Below, piece by piece: positions 1-9,984 of a stretch of DNA of 32,000 bases. Below the pieces are notes generated by a model. It searched no databases. It saw nothing but the letters and a program-made list of their open reading frames with translations, and was not told the DNA's origin. Position 1 is the first letter of the stretch; each line of letters starts with the position of its first letter. This DNA is from Nitrosopumilus sp. (lineage in GTDB: Archaea; Thermoproteota; Nitrososphaeria; Nitrososphaerales; Nitrosopumilaceae). The translations under genes were made by a program, and so were the position numbers. The stretch spans positions 1,292,347 to 1,324,346 of the forward strand of contig NZ_OZ253671.1 of NCBI RefSeq assembly GCF_965263415.1, given 5' to 3'.

Positions 1-672
1 GTGCAAGTGCATCTGTCTTGTTGGAACTTTAATTGCTCTAACGTAAAGTGGTGCGTCTTTTCCAAAGTATAACTTTACATCATCTCCATGATGAGGTTTT
101 TCAGTCATTTCAATTGTATCTGAAAGTTTTTTGTCAGTTTGTTCAATGTCTGCCCATCTCCTAACAAGTGTAACATCAAATCGAATCAAACTATCTCCAA
201 ACTTGTCCCTTAATGGTTCAAGGATTCTGCCCATTCCAGTAACATTGCAACTGCCTTGCATGACATGATGTTTTCCTATTGCAAGATCAAAATTTGCTCT
301 AGAGTTAAACAACAAATCTGAAACTGCATCATCGCCCATTGTTGATTCACCACCTTGATAAATAGCAGGAAGGTTACGTGGTTCATACAAATTTTTCTTA
401 TTTTTGTATCCATGACCTCCAGGAGCTGCATCAATTACAAGATCAGATTGGTCTAATGCAGATTCAATAGAGCCAGATATTTTGAAATCTTTGAAATCTT
501 CAAGTTTCTTTTCAGGAACATAAACATTCAGTCCTCTAGAGAGTGCAACATTTACATCGTCATCTGGAGAGTATTTTCCAATTCCTATAACTGAAATTTC
601 AGGATCATCTTTGAGAAAGGCAGTGATTCTACTACCTATTGAGCCATAACCATTAACAAAAACTTTCTTCAT
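1..672 (-). CDS. gap: Glyceraldehyde-3-phosphate dehydrogenase, archaeal type (N-terminal 224 aa; C-terminus lies beyond window start)
   Basis: Own minus-strand translation from ATG at 670-672: MKKVFVNGYGSIGSRI (Rossmann N-terminus), QGGE, catalytic SCNVTG (archaeal SCNTTG-type), VRRWAD, HHGDDV, VPTRQMHLH. Absent from the ORF track because no stop lies inside the window. Confidence 0.8.
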   Translation of the reverse strand, partial: MKKVFVNGYGSIGSRITAFLKDDPEISVIGIGKYSPDDDVNVALSRGLNVYVPEKKLEDFKDFKISGSIESALDQSDLVIDAAPGGHGYKNKKNLYEPRNLPAIYQGGESTMGDDAVSDLLFNSRANFDLAIGKHHVMQGSCNVTGMGRILEPLRDKFGDSLIRFDVTLVRRWADIEQTDKKLSDTIEMTEKPHHGDDVKLYFGKDAPLYVRAIKVPTRQMHLH

Positions 673-890
673 ACCAGTTTACAAAATATCCTATTTTTTT
701 AGTTATTGATGTTGCACATTTGCCAAAATAACTTCTAGTCATAAATTTTGAAACTTTTTGAGAAACAATCGTAAACAAACCAATATGAAGAAGAAGTGAG
801 GCTAATTTTTGTTCTAGAAAATAAAAACAAGAATAATCATAGAATCATTTGATAAGAATTCTTTAAAGCAAGATTTTGAATAGAAACATT

Positions 891-1595
891 ATGAAAAATG
901 AGATAGCGGTAGGGATTTTTGTTTTAGTTTTTGGATTGTTTTTTAGCATACCTACACATGCAGAAGTAGACTCATTTTCAGAGATTTCATTTTTACAAAC
1001 AGGTGTGATAAATACAAGTGAAAATCAATTTCAAATAAGTAATGAAATTCAGACAAGGGAATTTTCTAATGGAAATATAATCAGAGTGTCTGGGCAAACA
1101 ATTGAAGGATTTCCCTATATCACATATTCAAAAATTTTAGAAGATAGTATACACACACATGGGATAATCTATGTAGGGGGCAAATTCATCACATTATCAT
1201 TTGAAGAAAAACCAACACAAAAAACAATAATAGAAAAAAAAGATGATTTACAAATTCTAGTGCAATATACACAAAGAGTTTACTCAAAACAAACTGCAAT
1301 ATTGGATATTAAAGTATATGATCCAGAGCAAAACAAATTGAATGATTATAATCTAAATTATGGATTTCTTGCCAATACTAACATAGAGGTAATTGTGTTA
1401 AACGAAAACAATGAAGAATTTTATTCTACAACAGGAATTACAAATGATGAGGGGTTGTTTGGAGTAAATTTTTCAATTCCTGAAAAATATCCTCAAGAAA
1501 CAATGATTATAACTATTAAAGCTGATGATGAAGATTCAGAATCATCAAGAATTTTACAAATGTTTACTTTAGGCGATACATCTCCTAAAGGATAA
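891..1595 (+). CDS. Secreted hypothetical protein (signal peptide, beta-rich C-terminal half)
   Basis: ORF track 876-1595. ATG at 891 gives MKNEIAVGIFVLVFGLFFSIPTHA/EV, a signal-peptide-like N-terminus. CTTTAAAG TATA-like box at 861-868 lies about 26 nt upstream of this ATG, fitting a leaderless start; TTG at 876 is the alternative. Confidence 0.55.
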   Translation: MKNEIAVGIFVLVFGLFFSIPTHAEVDSFSEISFLQTGVINTSENQFQISNEIQTREFSNGNIIRVSGQTIEGFPYITYSKILEDSIHTHGIIYVGGKFITLSFEEKPTQKTIIEKKDDLQILVQYTQRVYSKQTAILDIKVYDPEQNKLNDYNLNYGFLANTNIEVIVLNENNEEFYSTTGITNDEGLFGVNFSIPEKYPQETMIITIKADDEDSESSRILQMFTLGDTSPKG

Positions 1596-1639
1596 TTTTC
1601 ATCATAAAGACTAAATGAGATAAAAAAATTTCAAAACCA

Positions 1640-2350
1640 TTGATACATGGTCCATCATTAGCAATAGGTGCAGTAATTTCTGCAGCAGTTTTAGTTATTG
1701 TTTTTTGGAGTTTTGATGGAATTTCTAATGAATCAGAACTAGTAATGCAACCAACTCCAACAATTCAACCAGAAGGGCCTGCAAAAGTAACAATGGAGAC
1801 ATTTTTGGCCAATGGGTCTCCCATATTAGGAGATTCTAATGCTCCAATCACATTAGTTGAATTTGGAGATTATCAATGTCATTTTTGTAATGTTTTTTTC
1901 CATTCAACTGAGGACGATATTTTGAAAAATTATGTGGATACAGGTAAAGTAAGAATGATCTTCAAAGATTACAACATTATTGGTCCAGATTCCATTAATG
2001 CATCACATGGGGCACATTGTGCAAATGATCAGGGAATGTTTTGGGAGTATCATGATATTTTGTATAATAATTGGACAGGAGAGAATAACGGATGGGCCTC
2101 ATCAGAAAACTTACTACGATTTGCACAAGAAATTGGATTAGATGTAGATGTATGGTCTGAATGTATGATTAATGGTGTTCATTCAAAGACTATTGTTGCA
2201 AGTAATGATGATGCAAAAGCACTAGAACTTACGGGAACCCCTGCATTTTTTGTGATAGGGCCTGACGGTAAAGTTACAAGATTGTTTGGAGCACAGCCAT
2301 ATGAGACATTTGAGAATACTTTTGAGACAGAATTAGAAAAACAAAGTTAA
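1640..2350 (+). CDS. Membrane-anchored DsbA-family thiol:disulfide oxidoreductase
   Basis: N-terminal TM helix, then a thioredoxin fold with CHFC active site (FGDYQCHFC) and GTPAFFV near the C-terminus, typical of DsbA/Thioredoxin_4 proteins. TTG start. Confidence 0.75.
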   Translation: MIHGPSLAIGAVISAAVLVIVFWSFDGISNESELVMQPTPTIQPEGPAKVTMETFLANGSPILGDSNAPITLVEFGDYQCHFCNVFFHSTEDDILKNYVDTGKVRMIFKDYNIIGPDSINASHGAHCANDQGMFWEYHDILYNNWTGENNGWASSENLLRFAQEIGLDVDVWSECMINGVHSKTIVASNDDAKALELTGTPAFFVIGPDGKVTRLFGAQPYETFENTFETELEKQS

Positions 2351-2455
2351 GCGATCAGATTACGCATGACAAGTCAAAATAATTACCAAAATTTCCTTCC
2401 TAGTTATCTAGAATTTACCCGCTAACCTTATTAGTGAATTCCCGGAGCCAAGCTT

Positions 2456-3850
2456 ATGGCAGCTGGAATTGATGACATTTCGATATACATCCCTAGATTA
2501 TACATTGATGCAGCAGATTTCGCTGAAGCTAGGGGATTAGACCCAGTAAAATTGCAAAAAGGTCTAGGAGTTTCTCAAATGGCAATAGTCGATGCCAATC
2601 AAGACCCAGCAATACTAGCTGCTAATGCTTGTTTGAAAATTATGCAAAAAAACAAGTTATCACCAGAAGATATTGGCAGATTATACGTTTCAACAGAATC
2701 ATCATTTGATGAATCTAAAGCAATGAACTCTTACGTTATTGGAATGCTGGAACAGGTTTACGGTCAAGGTGCATTTGAGCACTGTGGAGGTGTTGAAACT
2801 AAATTTGCATGTGTTAGTGGCTCTTATGCCCTATATGACAACACAAATTGGATTAGAGCAGGTGAAGCTGAAGGAAAGCATGCCCTTGTAGTAGTATCAG
2901 ACATTGCAAAATACGATATGGGTTCTAGTGGTGAGATGACACAAGGTGCAGGAGCAGTAGTGATGCTTCTCAATGATGAACCAAGATTATTGGCATTTGA
3001 CCCAAAAGTAACATCTACATCAATTAAAGACGAATATGACTTTTACAGACCATTTGGAAAAGAGACCCCAATTGTTCATGGTCAATATTCTAACATGTTA
3101 TACATGATTCAAGTAAGAAAAGCACTTGAAGCATACAAGAAAAAAGTAATTTCCTCAAAACTAATCAACATAGAACCAGGGGAGACAATTCTTGATCATA
3201 TGGATTACATCAACATGCACTTACCATACAGCAACATGGGAAAAAAGGCACTAGCATATTTGGTAAGACATGAGTGGCGTCAACTTCCAAGATGGAAAAA
3301 AGTCTTACAAGAAATTGGATTGGATGAACCAATTCCAAAAGATCCTCGTGGAACTATAGAATCGGTATTAGGAGATGAAGAGTTTATGGCAAAAGATCAC
3401 GAGTTTACTAAACTATTTACAAAAACTCCGGAATATCAAGAAGTGTACGAATCAAAACTTGCAAGCTCATTAATTGCATCTAGCATGATTGGTAATTTGT
3501 ATACTGCATCATTGTATCTTGGTTTTAGAAGTAGTTTAGAATTTGAATATCAAAAAGGAATTCATCTAGAAGGAAAAAGAATTGGGTTTGGTTCCTATGG
3601 TAGTGGCAGTAGTGCAATGGTGTTTAGCGGTGTTGTTCAACCAGAGTTTGAAGAGATTGTGAAGAACATGAATTTAGAATCTGAGATTGGTGAAAGACGA
3701 AGACTAACTTGGGAAGAATATGAAGAATTACACGAGAATAAACTATCTCCTGAAGAACCAATGCTTCACTCAAAGAAAGAATTTAGTTTGGTAAATGTAA
3801 AAACCGAAACTGAATCTAGAGGCGAAAGACGTTACGTCTATAACGAATAA
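2456..3850 (+). CDS. Hydroxymethylglutaryl-CoA synthase (mevalonate pathway)
   Basis: 464 aa. N-terminus GIDDISIYIPRLYIDAADFAEARGLDP and the later STESSFDESKA, GVETKFACVSG and GFGSYGSGSS blocks match mvaS/HMGCS-type condensing enzymes. Confidence 0.85.
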   Translation: MAAGIDDISIYIPRLYIDAADFAEARGLDPVKLQKGLGVSQMAIVDANQDPAILAANACLKIMQKNKLSPEDIGRLYVSTESSFDESKAMNSYVIGMLEQVYGQGAFEHCGGVETKFACVSGSYALYDNTNWIRAGEAEGKHALVVVSDIAKYDMGSSGEMTQGAGAVVMLLNDEPRLLAFDPKVTSTSIKDEYDFYRPFGKETPIVHGQYSNMLYMIQVRKALEAYKKKVISSKLINIEPGETILDHMDYINMHLPYSNMGKKALAYLVRHEWRQLPRWKKVLQEIGLDEPIPKDPRGTIESVLGDEEFMAKDHEFTKLFTKTPEYQEVYESKLASSLIASSMIGNLYTASLYLGFRSSLEFEYQKGIHLEGKRIGFGSYGSGSSAMVFSGVVQPEFEEIVKNMNLESEIGERRRLTWEEYEELHENKLSPEEPMLHSKKEFSLVNVKTETESRGERRYVYNE

Positions 3851-4162
3851 TCATCTAGATTTACGTTTGTATCCTTGTTCTATTTTGCAATGCGACAATG
3901 ATGCATTTTGAGCTTTACTTGATGCCTTTTTCTTTTTTGACGTACCAATATTGTCTTTAATTTTAAAAATTTTCTGAGTCTCAGATTGAGTCTTTGTGTC
4001 TTTAGTTGGGATGATGTTTGTTGGAGAAATTTGTTTTTTCTTTTTCTTTTTTGGTTTGTTAGGATCTGAAGTATTCTTTTTTGTCCATTTGATATTTTTG
4101 ATATCGGCAGATGAAGACCGTTCAATGTTGTAATCCATCAAAGATTTGCCCATGCCAATCAT
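3851..4162 (-). CDS. Lysine-rich small hypothetical protein
   Basis: 103-aa ORF with KPKKKKKKQ and KKKKASSK runs, convergent with and abutting the HMGCS stop. Low-complexity sequence keeps a second frame open too, so coding status is uncertain. Confidence 0.3.
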   Translation of the reverse strand: MIGMGKSLMDYNIERSSSADIKNIKWTKKNTSDPNKPKKKKKKQISPTNIIPTKDTKTQSETQKIFKIKDNIGTSKKKKASSKAQNASLSHCKIEQGYKRKSR

Positions 4163-4242
4163 ACAGAACAGAGAGTTTAAGCGTATTGAATGAAAAACAC
4201 CATGAATTATTCATATAAGGTATGGTAAAAGTTTGAACAAGA

Positions 4243-4791
4243 ATGGATGAAGAAGCAAATCCAATTAAGGATTACTTGTTTGAATATATCAAAAATTCAC
4301 AAACAATATCAGAGTTAATTTCTCAGAAAAAATTTGATGTAGTAATTGATGAGATTATTACAAATTGTTATGATAAAGTAATTTTAATGGATCAAAAAGA
4401 TGTGGCATTAGGAATATTTGCTACAGGTATACTGCATTATTTACTAACTAATGCATTATTGAACAGTCAGAGAAAAATAGAACATAATGGGATGGAGGTA
4501 GATATTGTAGTACCTGACATAAAGACTTTGGAAAACGATTCCAAGATGAGCCTAGTAATTTGTATTCCAAAATCTTCAGACAAACAAGTTATAGAAGAGA
4601 AAATTGCACAACTCGAAAAAATTCAACCAACAAAAGAGAACATATGGGTAATTTTATCTGAAAATATATCATTAGACAAAAAGACGTTTGTATTATCAAA
4701 AGAAAACTCATCTTTTTCAAAAATTATCTTTGAGATAGCACAGTTTAGCAATGTTGGAGGAGCAAACAAGTTCAAAATTTTGCGAATATGA
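4243..4791 (+). CDS. Hypothetical protein
   Basis: 182-aa ORF with ATG start and protein-like composition. No family recognised by eye. Confidence 0.5.
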   Translation: MDEEANPIKDYLFEYIKNSQTISELISQKKFDVVIDEIITNCYDKVILMDQKDVALGIFATGILHYLLTNALLNSQRKIEHNGMEVDIVVPDIKTLENDSKMSLVICIPKSSDKQVIEEKIAQLEKIQPTKENIWVILSENISLDKKTFVLSKENSSFSKIIFEIAQFSNVGGANKFKILRI

Positions 4792-4832
4792 CACAAAAAG
4801 AGAATAAATATCAAAAAAATCATACCTAAACC

Positions 4833-5120
4833 ATGGCATCAATTATTGTAATTCCAATAGTCATAGTAGCGATAGTGGGATTAACAGGGTATTTGGTTTA
4901 CAAATATGGTATGTATGACTATATGTGTAAAAGATCAGTGAATCAAACACTGCAAAAATACAACATACAAAAGACTCCTTCTCAAATAATCAAAGAATAT
5001 TTTGAAGATAGAGGTGAGAAGAAATCTCCCAAAGAAATTCAAAATTTAGAGAAACACTATAGACAAAAAGAACCTGATCAATTCCTAGCAATGTATGATG
5101 CAATTAGAGAGAGAGAATAA
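4833..5120 (+). CDS. Small single-pass membrane protein
   Basis: 95 aa. N-terminal TM helix MASIIVIPIVIVAIVGLTGYLVY followed by a charged soluble tail. Confidence 0.5.
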   Translation: MASIIVIPIVIVAIVGLTGYLVYKYGMYDYMCKRSVNQTLQKYNIQKTPSQIIKEYFEDRGEKKSPKEIQNLEKHYRQKEPDQFLAMYDAIRERE

Positions 5121-5184
5121 CAGAGTTTACAAACTTAATTGTATTTTGATATCAATTATTTTTAGAGAAAACTTTGTGAATTAA

Positions 5185-6048
5185 TTATGGAGATACAGGA
5201 ATTTGAATAAATGGAGTTCCTCCCTCACCAACTACCAAAGGTAATTTTCCATCCCATGCTTGAGTCTTTAACCATTCCAAATAGTTTGGATTCTCCGCAA
5301 GGGCTTTGTTGATAATTGCAATTGCTTCAGCTTCACCTTTTGCCTCTGCAATGTTTGCATTAGCAAGACCAATTGCATTTGCTTCACGCTGTCGTGCTTC
5401 AACTTCAATTCTTCTCAAATCGTTTTCTGCTTTGAGTGCCTTTTGTTCTGCTTCTACTTTGGATTCAATTGCTTGAGCAAATAATGGTGAAAACTCAAAG
5501 TCAGTAATGGAAATTACTTCAGTAACTACATCAAACTGATTTAATCTATCTCTAATTGATGATTCAATGTCTGCTTTAACTAGTGGTCTTTTTGTGATTA
5601 GTTCCTCAGCATTGTAATTTGCAGTTACTTGTTTTACTGTTTCCTCAATTGCTGGTTGAATGACTCTGTTCTCATAGTCTAATCCCAAATTCTTGTACAG
5701 TCTATGTACTCCTTCTTTGTCAGGATGATAGTTTACAGTAACAGTAGTCTCTACTGTTTGCAAGTCTTTAGATGCACTTCGGGCATCATTTGCATATTTT
5801 AGCGTACGAACTTCAATATTAACAACTTCATCTTGAAAAGGAACTACAAAATGCAGGCCTTCTTCAAGTGGAGGTTGTGTTAAATCAACTGCATTCCAGT
5901 GGAGTAATACGCCTCTGTGACCAGAATCTACAATTTTTACTGAAGCAGTTGCTACAACTCCAACTATAATTAAAATTACAATTGCCACTGCAACTCCTTT
6001 TGCGGCACTCATATTCACATTCATGCTAGGAGATTGGTATTTTGACAT
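5185..6048 (-). CDS. SPFH/Band 7 (prohibitin-type) membrane protein
   Basis: 287 aa. N-terminal TM helix, SPFH core (VDSGHRGVLLHW..GLHFVVPF..V..IEVRT) and an Ala/Glu-rich coiled-coil tail, as in the prohibitin/HflC family. Confidence 0.85.
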   Translation of the reverse strand: MSKYQSPSMNVNMSAAKGVAVAIVILIIVGVVATASVKIVDSGHRGVLLHWNAVDLTQPPLEEGLHFVVPFQDEVVNIEVRTLKYANDARSASKDLQTVETTVTVNYHPDKEGVHRLYKNLGLDYENRVIQPAIEETVKQVTANYNAEELITKRPLVKADIESSIRDRLNQFDVVTEVISITDFEFSPLFAQAIESKVEAEQKALKAENDLRRIEVEARQREANAIGLANANIAEAKGEAEAIAIINKALAENPNYLEWLKTQAWDGKLPLVVGEGGTPFIQIPVSP

Positions 6049-6154
6049 CTATTCCAGTATGCATTTACTACTATTATACCATCTGTAAAATCCAATTCCA
6101 TGTACAGATCACATCTAAAATGAACAAATTTATCCCAGAATACCAAGTAATTAC

Positions 6155-6559
6155 ATGGCAGACCCAAACTTTTCTTGGATTTATCTAATAATTTTCTTGG
6201 CCATTCCATTATCGCGAATCATCCCAAGAATTATTGCAAAAAGAAGACAAGCAAATGGCAGTTATTCAACTTTTGAAAAACCAAATCAAGAAAACATAGA
6301 TGTAGTTAGACTAGAACAAAAACAGTCACCATCAAGCCCTCAAACAAAAGATATGCAAGTTTTAGGAATAATGCATCAAGGGGCAAATACATTTGAAAAA
6401 ATCAAAAGAGCAACAAAAATGGAAAATAAAGAACTTGATTCAATTTTGCAAGATTTAGAAAAAAGAAACCTCATCAAAGTAGTACAAAAACAAGGAATGT
6501 TTGGACCAAAAGTCGAACTTTATTCTACAGATAAAGGATTCAAAGAATATTATTCATAA
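6155..6559 (+). CDS. Membrane-anchored winged-helix protein (putative regulator)
   Basis: 134 aa. N-terminal TM helix (WIYLIIFLAIPLSRIIP), then a C-terminal segment TFEKIKRATKMENKELDSILQDLEKRNLIKVV..VELYSTDKG resembling a wHTH. Confidence 0.45.
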   Translation: MADPNFSWIYLIIFLAIPLSRIIPRIIAKRRQANGSYSTFEKPNQENIDVVRLEQKQSPSSPQTKDMQVLGIMHQGANTFEKIKRATKMENKELDSILQDLEKRNLIKVVQKQGMFGPKVELYSTDKGFKEYYS

Positions 6560-7246
6560 TCATTTAAGCAGTGTTTTCAAATCAATGTTCTTTTTGAAGA
6601 TTCTATTTAGGGATGCATCACTCATATCTTTGATAAATGGGATAGAGCCTAGAACCTTGACTCCTGTGAGATTCTGCAAATCTCGTTTCAAGTTTTTGAT
6701 TGGGTAACCACAATCATCAAAATCATTAATGATTATTCCTTTGACTGGGATTTTGTATTTTTCACACATCTTAATTGTCATTATTGTGTGATTTACAGTT
6801 CCAACCTTACTTCGAGTTACAATTACGGTGGGAATTTTCATTTCTTTAATCAGGTTTGTAATGTAATAGTCTTTGAGAATAGGAGTCATTATTCCACCCA
6901 TTCCTTCTACAAGAATCATTTCATGAAGTTTAGATAATTTTTTGAAACTAGATAGAATGGTAGAAATTTTTGGTTTTGTTTTTAGATTCTTCCAAGCAGT
7001 GTAAGGTGATGCAGGAATTGGAAAGAACTGGGGGTTTATCAAATTTTCAGGATCAGATGTTTGTGCAGCTCTTGCTAAAATTTCAATATCTTCAGATTTG
7101 TAACCTTTTTTCTGTGCAGCACCTGCTGCAAAAGGTTTCATTACACCAACATCTACATTCATTTTTCGTAATGCAACTGCCAATCCTGATGTGATGTATG
7201 TTTTACCAACATCAGTATCAGTTCCAGCAACAAAAATGGATTTCAT
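6560..7246 (-). CDS. bioD: Dethiobiotin synthetase
   Basis: 228 aa. N-terminal P-loop FVAGTDTDVGKT and a downstream EGMGG motif typical of BioD. Confidence 0.85.
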   Translation of the reverse strand: MKSIFVAGTDTDVGKTYITSGLAVALRKMNVDVGVMKPFAAGAAQKKGYKSEDIEILARAAQTSDPENLINPQFFPIPASPYTAWKNLKTKPKISTILSSFKKLSKLHEMILVEGMGGIMTPILKDYYITNLIKEMKIPTVIVTRSKVGTVNHTIMTIKMCEKYKIPVKGIIINDFDDCGYPIKNLKRDLQNLTGVKVLGSIPFIKDMSDASLNRIFKKNIDLKTLLK

Positions 7247-7326
7247 CAGAGATATTTTTAGAATATTCCATTGATTAACTCATCGGTTGGACTATATTGT
7301 TAAAAATATCCATGAGAAAGTGAATC

Positions 7327-7512
7327 ATGACAGAAAATTTTCAAGATTCTAAAAAATACGAGACAGTAACAATAGAATCCAAAGTCAGAGAAGGTGTTTT
7401 TCATAAAGTCATTAAAGACTTGGAAAGTGGAAAAGCAGTATCTTGTTCATGTAAGTGTTGGAGTAAAGGTAGAAAAGCCTGTGCTGCTATGAGAAGTATA
7501 GGGGTTGAATAA
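7327..7512 (+). CDS. Cys-rich small hypothetical protein inside the biotin cluster
   Basis: 61-aa ORF with a CSCKCWSKGRKAC cluster. Lies between bioD (divergent) and bioA. Confidence 0.35.
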   Translation: MTENFQDSKKYETVTIESKVREGVFHKVIKDLESGKAVSCSCKCWSKGRKACAAMRSIGVE

Positions 7513-7563
7513 TTTTCAACAATAATCGGATAATTATTAAGATCTGATATCCGAGTAAATCAG

Positions 7564-8877
7564 TTGAAAAGTTCTGTTTGGCATCCAAATACCCAAATGA
7601 AGGAATGGGATTCATTTGATAAAATTACCAAGGCCAAAGGTGTGTGGCTTGTAGACTCTAAAGGTCACAAAATGATTGATGCTGTTGCCTCTATGTGGTG
7701 TAATGTTTGGGGACATTCTAATCCTCAATTGGTGAGATCAATTACAAATCAAAGTAAAAAACTGCAACATTCTTCCATGTTCAACATTACAAACGAGCCT
7801 GCAGAACAACTTGCAGATAATCTTGTGAAAATATCTCCAGGAATGCATAAGGTGTTCTATTCAGATAATGGTTCATCGGCAATGGAGATTGCAATCAAGA
7901 TTGCATTACAATATTGGAAAAACATTGGAGATAGAAAAACAGAGATTGCAACTGTAGAAAATGGATATCATGGAGACACATTTGGGGCCATGTCAGTAGG
8001 GTACGTTCCGGAATTTTTTGGCAAGTTCAAAAAACAATTATTCAAAACAATACAATTTCCAGTTCCAAACAAATACAGATTACCAAAAGGATACGCAATA
8101 TTGGATTATCAAAATCAATGCCTTGAAAAAATAGAGAATGAGTTTTCAAAAAATGACAGTATTGCCGCGTTTGTGATGGAAAGCGGTGCACAGATGGCAG
8201 GCGGTGTTATTATTTATCCAAAAGGATTTCAAAAAAAGATTAGTCAATTATGTAAAAAGTATAACGTATTGTTTGTACTAGATGAGATTGCAACAGGATT
8301 TGGAAGATTAGGATCAATGATACAATATCAAGAACAAAAATCCATTCCAGATATTGTAGCATATGGAAAAATGTTGACTGGAGGATATCTTACAATGGCA
8401 GCTACTCTTGTAAATAAAAAAATCTATGATTCATTTTTAGGAGAATTTAATGATTGGAGGCATCTTTTCCATGGACATACATACACTGGAAACCCTCTTG
8501 CAGCATCAGTTGCAAATGAGAACATCAAAATGTACAAGAAAAACAATCTAATTAAAAAAATTCAAAAAACATCCAAAGTGTTTGAAGAATATTACAATGA
8601 AATCTCGGAAATTGACATCGTAGGAGATATCAGACACAAAGGAATGTTAATGGGAATTGAACTAGTCACAGACAGAAAGAAAAAGACCCCAATTCACCCT
8701 AAAAAATCAATCAACAAAATATTCTATGAGACAGGAAAGAAAAACGGAATTTATCTTAGAACTTTAGGAAACATAATCATGCTAGTGCCCCCTTTGGTAA
8801 TATCAGAAAAGGAGTTAAATTTACTCCTAAAGAACACCATCAAGACCATTCAAGATGCAAAATCACAAGTAATCTAA
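7564..8877 (+). CDS. bioA: Adenosylmethionine-8-amino-7-oxononanoate aminotransferase
   Basis: 437 aa. VWHPNTQM N-terminal block (compare IWHPYTSM of E. coli BioA) and class-III aminotransferase motifs (DEIATGFGRLG, YGKMLTGGY). Upstream in-frame stop at 7531-7533 leaves TTG 7564 as the only start before the conserved block. Confidence 0.9.
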   Translation: MKSSVWHPNTQMKEWDSFDKITKAKGVWLVDSKGHKMIDAVASMWCNVWGHSNPQLVRSITNQSKKLQHSSMFNITNEPAEQLADNLVKISPGMHKVFYSDNGSSAMEIAIKIALQYWKNIGDRKTEIATVENGYHGDTFGAMSVGYVPEFFGKFKKQLFKTIQFPVPNKYRLPKGYAILDYQNQCLEKIENEFSKNDSIAAFVMESGAQMAGGVIIYPKGFQKKISQLCKKYNVLFVLDEIATGFGRLGSMIQYQEQKSIPDIVAYGKMLTGGYLTMAATLVNKKIYDSFLGEFNDWRHLFHGHTYTGNPLAASVANENIKMYKKNNLIKKIQKTSKVFEEYYNEISEIDIVGDIRHKGMLMGIELVTDRKKKTPIHPKKSINKIFYETGKKNGIYLRTLGNIIMLVPPLVISEKELNLLLKNTIKTIQDAKSQVI

Positions 8878-8950
8878 CTGTTAACCCCCTATAGGCTCAA
8901 AGGTTAACCTTTCCATTATTGTTATAAATGGAAAATATCTGTGTTAGATT

Positions 8951-9931
8951 GTGAGCACACTAGAGTTCATCAAAGAATGTCAAGAAAAAGTATTTTCAGG
9001 AAATCATATTACTGCAGAAGATGCTGAAAAACTGTTAAACATTCCTGAAGAAAATCTCAAAGATTTAGCAAGATGTGCAAATGAAATAACTCGAGATTTT
9101 AATGGAGAAAAGGTAGATGTTGAACAACTAAACAATATTAAGAAAAATGCATGTAGTGAAGACTGTACATTTTGTGGTCAGTCTGCATTCTTTGACACAG
9201 GTATAGATACATATCAATTACCATCACCAGAAGAAGTTGTATCAAAAGCTCAAAAAGCAAAAGAAGAAGGTGCAGAATCATATTGTCTTGTTGCAGCATG
9301 GAGAGAGCCATCAAAAACGGATTTTGAAAAAGTTTGCAAGATTATAACTGAAATTAATGACAAAGTAGGAATCAGTGTTGAATGTAGTTTAGGATTTCTC
9401 ACACAAGAACAAGCAAACAAACTCAAAGATCTCAAAGTAAAAAGATACAATCATAATTTAGAGACAGCAAAATCAAAATTCCCAGAAATATGTACCACCC
9501 ACACATATGAAGACAGATTAAAGACATTAGGAATTGCAAGAGATGCCGGTTTAGAATTATGTACAGGTGGAATTATCGGGTTGGGAGAAACTAGAGAGCA
9601 AAGACTAGAATTAACATTGGAATTAGCAAGATTATACCCTGAAGAAGTAACAATCAATATTTTGGTACCCGTTCCAGGTACTCCTTTGGAATTACAAACA
9701 GACTTGGCAAATTCTGAAATTGTCAGAATGTTTTCAGTGATTAGATTTTTACTTCCAGAGTCAGTGATTAAAATCTCCGGCGGAAGAGAAACCAACCTGG
9801 ATGATTCAGGCGAGGAATTACTTCAAAGTGGGGCAAATGGAATCATTACCTCAGGATACCTTACCATGGGAGGTAATGAAGCTCAAAAAGACCTGCAAAT
9901 GATTGAAAAAATAGGTCTTAAATCACAATAA
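8951..9931 (+). CDS. bioB: Biotin synthase (radical SAM)
   Basis: 326 aa. CSEDCTFCGQS is the CxxxCxxC radical-SAM motif. Auxiliary-cluster positions present (YCLVAAW, VECSLG, LELCTGGIIGLGET, SGGRE). GTG start with a TATAAA box about 25 nt upstream. Confidence 0.9.
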   Translation: MSTLEFIKECQEKVFSGNHITAEDAEKLLNIPEENLKDLARCANEITRDFNGEKVDVEQLNNIKKNACSEDCTFCGQSAFFDTGIDTYQLPSPEEVVSKAQKAKEEGAESYCLVAAWREPSKTDFEKVCKIITEINDKVGISVECSLGFLTQEQANKLKDLKVKRYNHNLETAKSKFPEICTTHTYEDRLKTLGIARDAGLELCTGGIIGLGETREQRLELTLELARLYPEEVTINILVPVPGTPLELQTDLANSEIVRMFSVIRFLLPESVIKISGGRETNLDDSGEELLQSGANGIITSGYLTMGGNEAQKDLQMIEKIGLKSQ

Positions 9932-9984
9932 AAAATCAACAGTAACAGTTGTTGAAATAGACATTCAAAAAATTTTATTTTAAA

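Noticed and set aside
3880-4125. Second overlapping minus-strand ORF (81 aa) in a different frame from 3851-4162
   Set aside because: Both frames stay open only because of poly-A/T low-complexity sequence. At most one can be real, and the longer one with a more varied N-terminus was kept at low confidence.
7327-7512. SWIM zinc-finger assignment for the 61-aa Cys-rich ORF
   Set aside because: The CSCKCWSKGRKAC pattern resembles CxCxnCxH, but the terminal His is missing (CAAM). By eye this is not enough to name the domain.
8880-8909. GTTAACC/GGTTAAC inverted pair between bioA and bioB, and a direct pair of TGGTTAAC 22 bp apart upstream of rpl3 (21875-21905), as a shared regulatory motif
   Set aside because: GTTAAC also occurs twice within 40 bp inside the protease coding region (about 10466 and 10505) and at about 23890, so paired occurrences arise by chance in this AT-rich sequence. 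The two intergenic arrangements differ (inverted versus direct). Kept only as a weak possibility of a bioA terminator hairpin.
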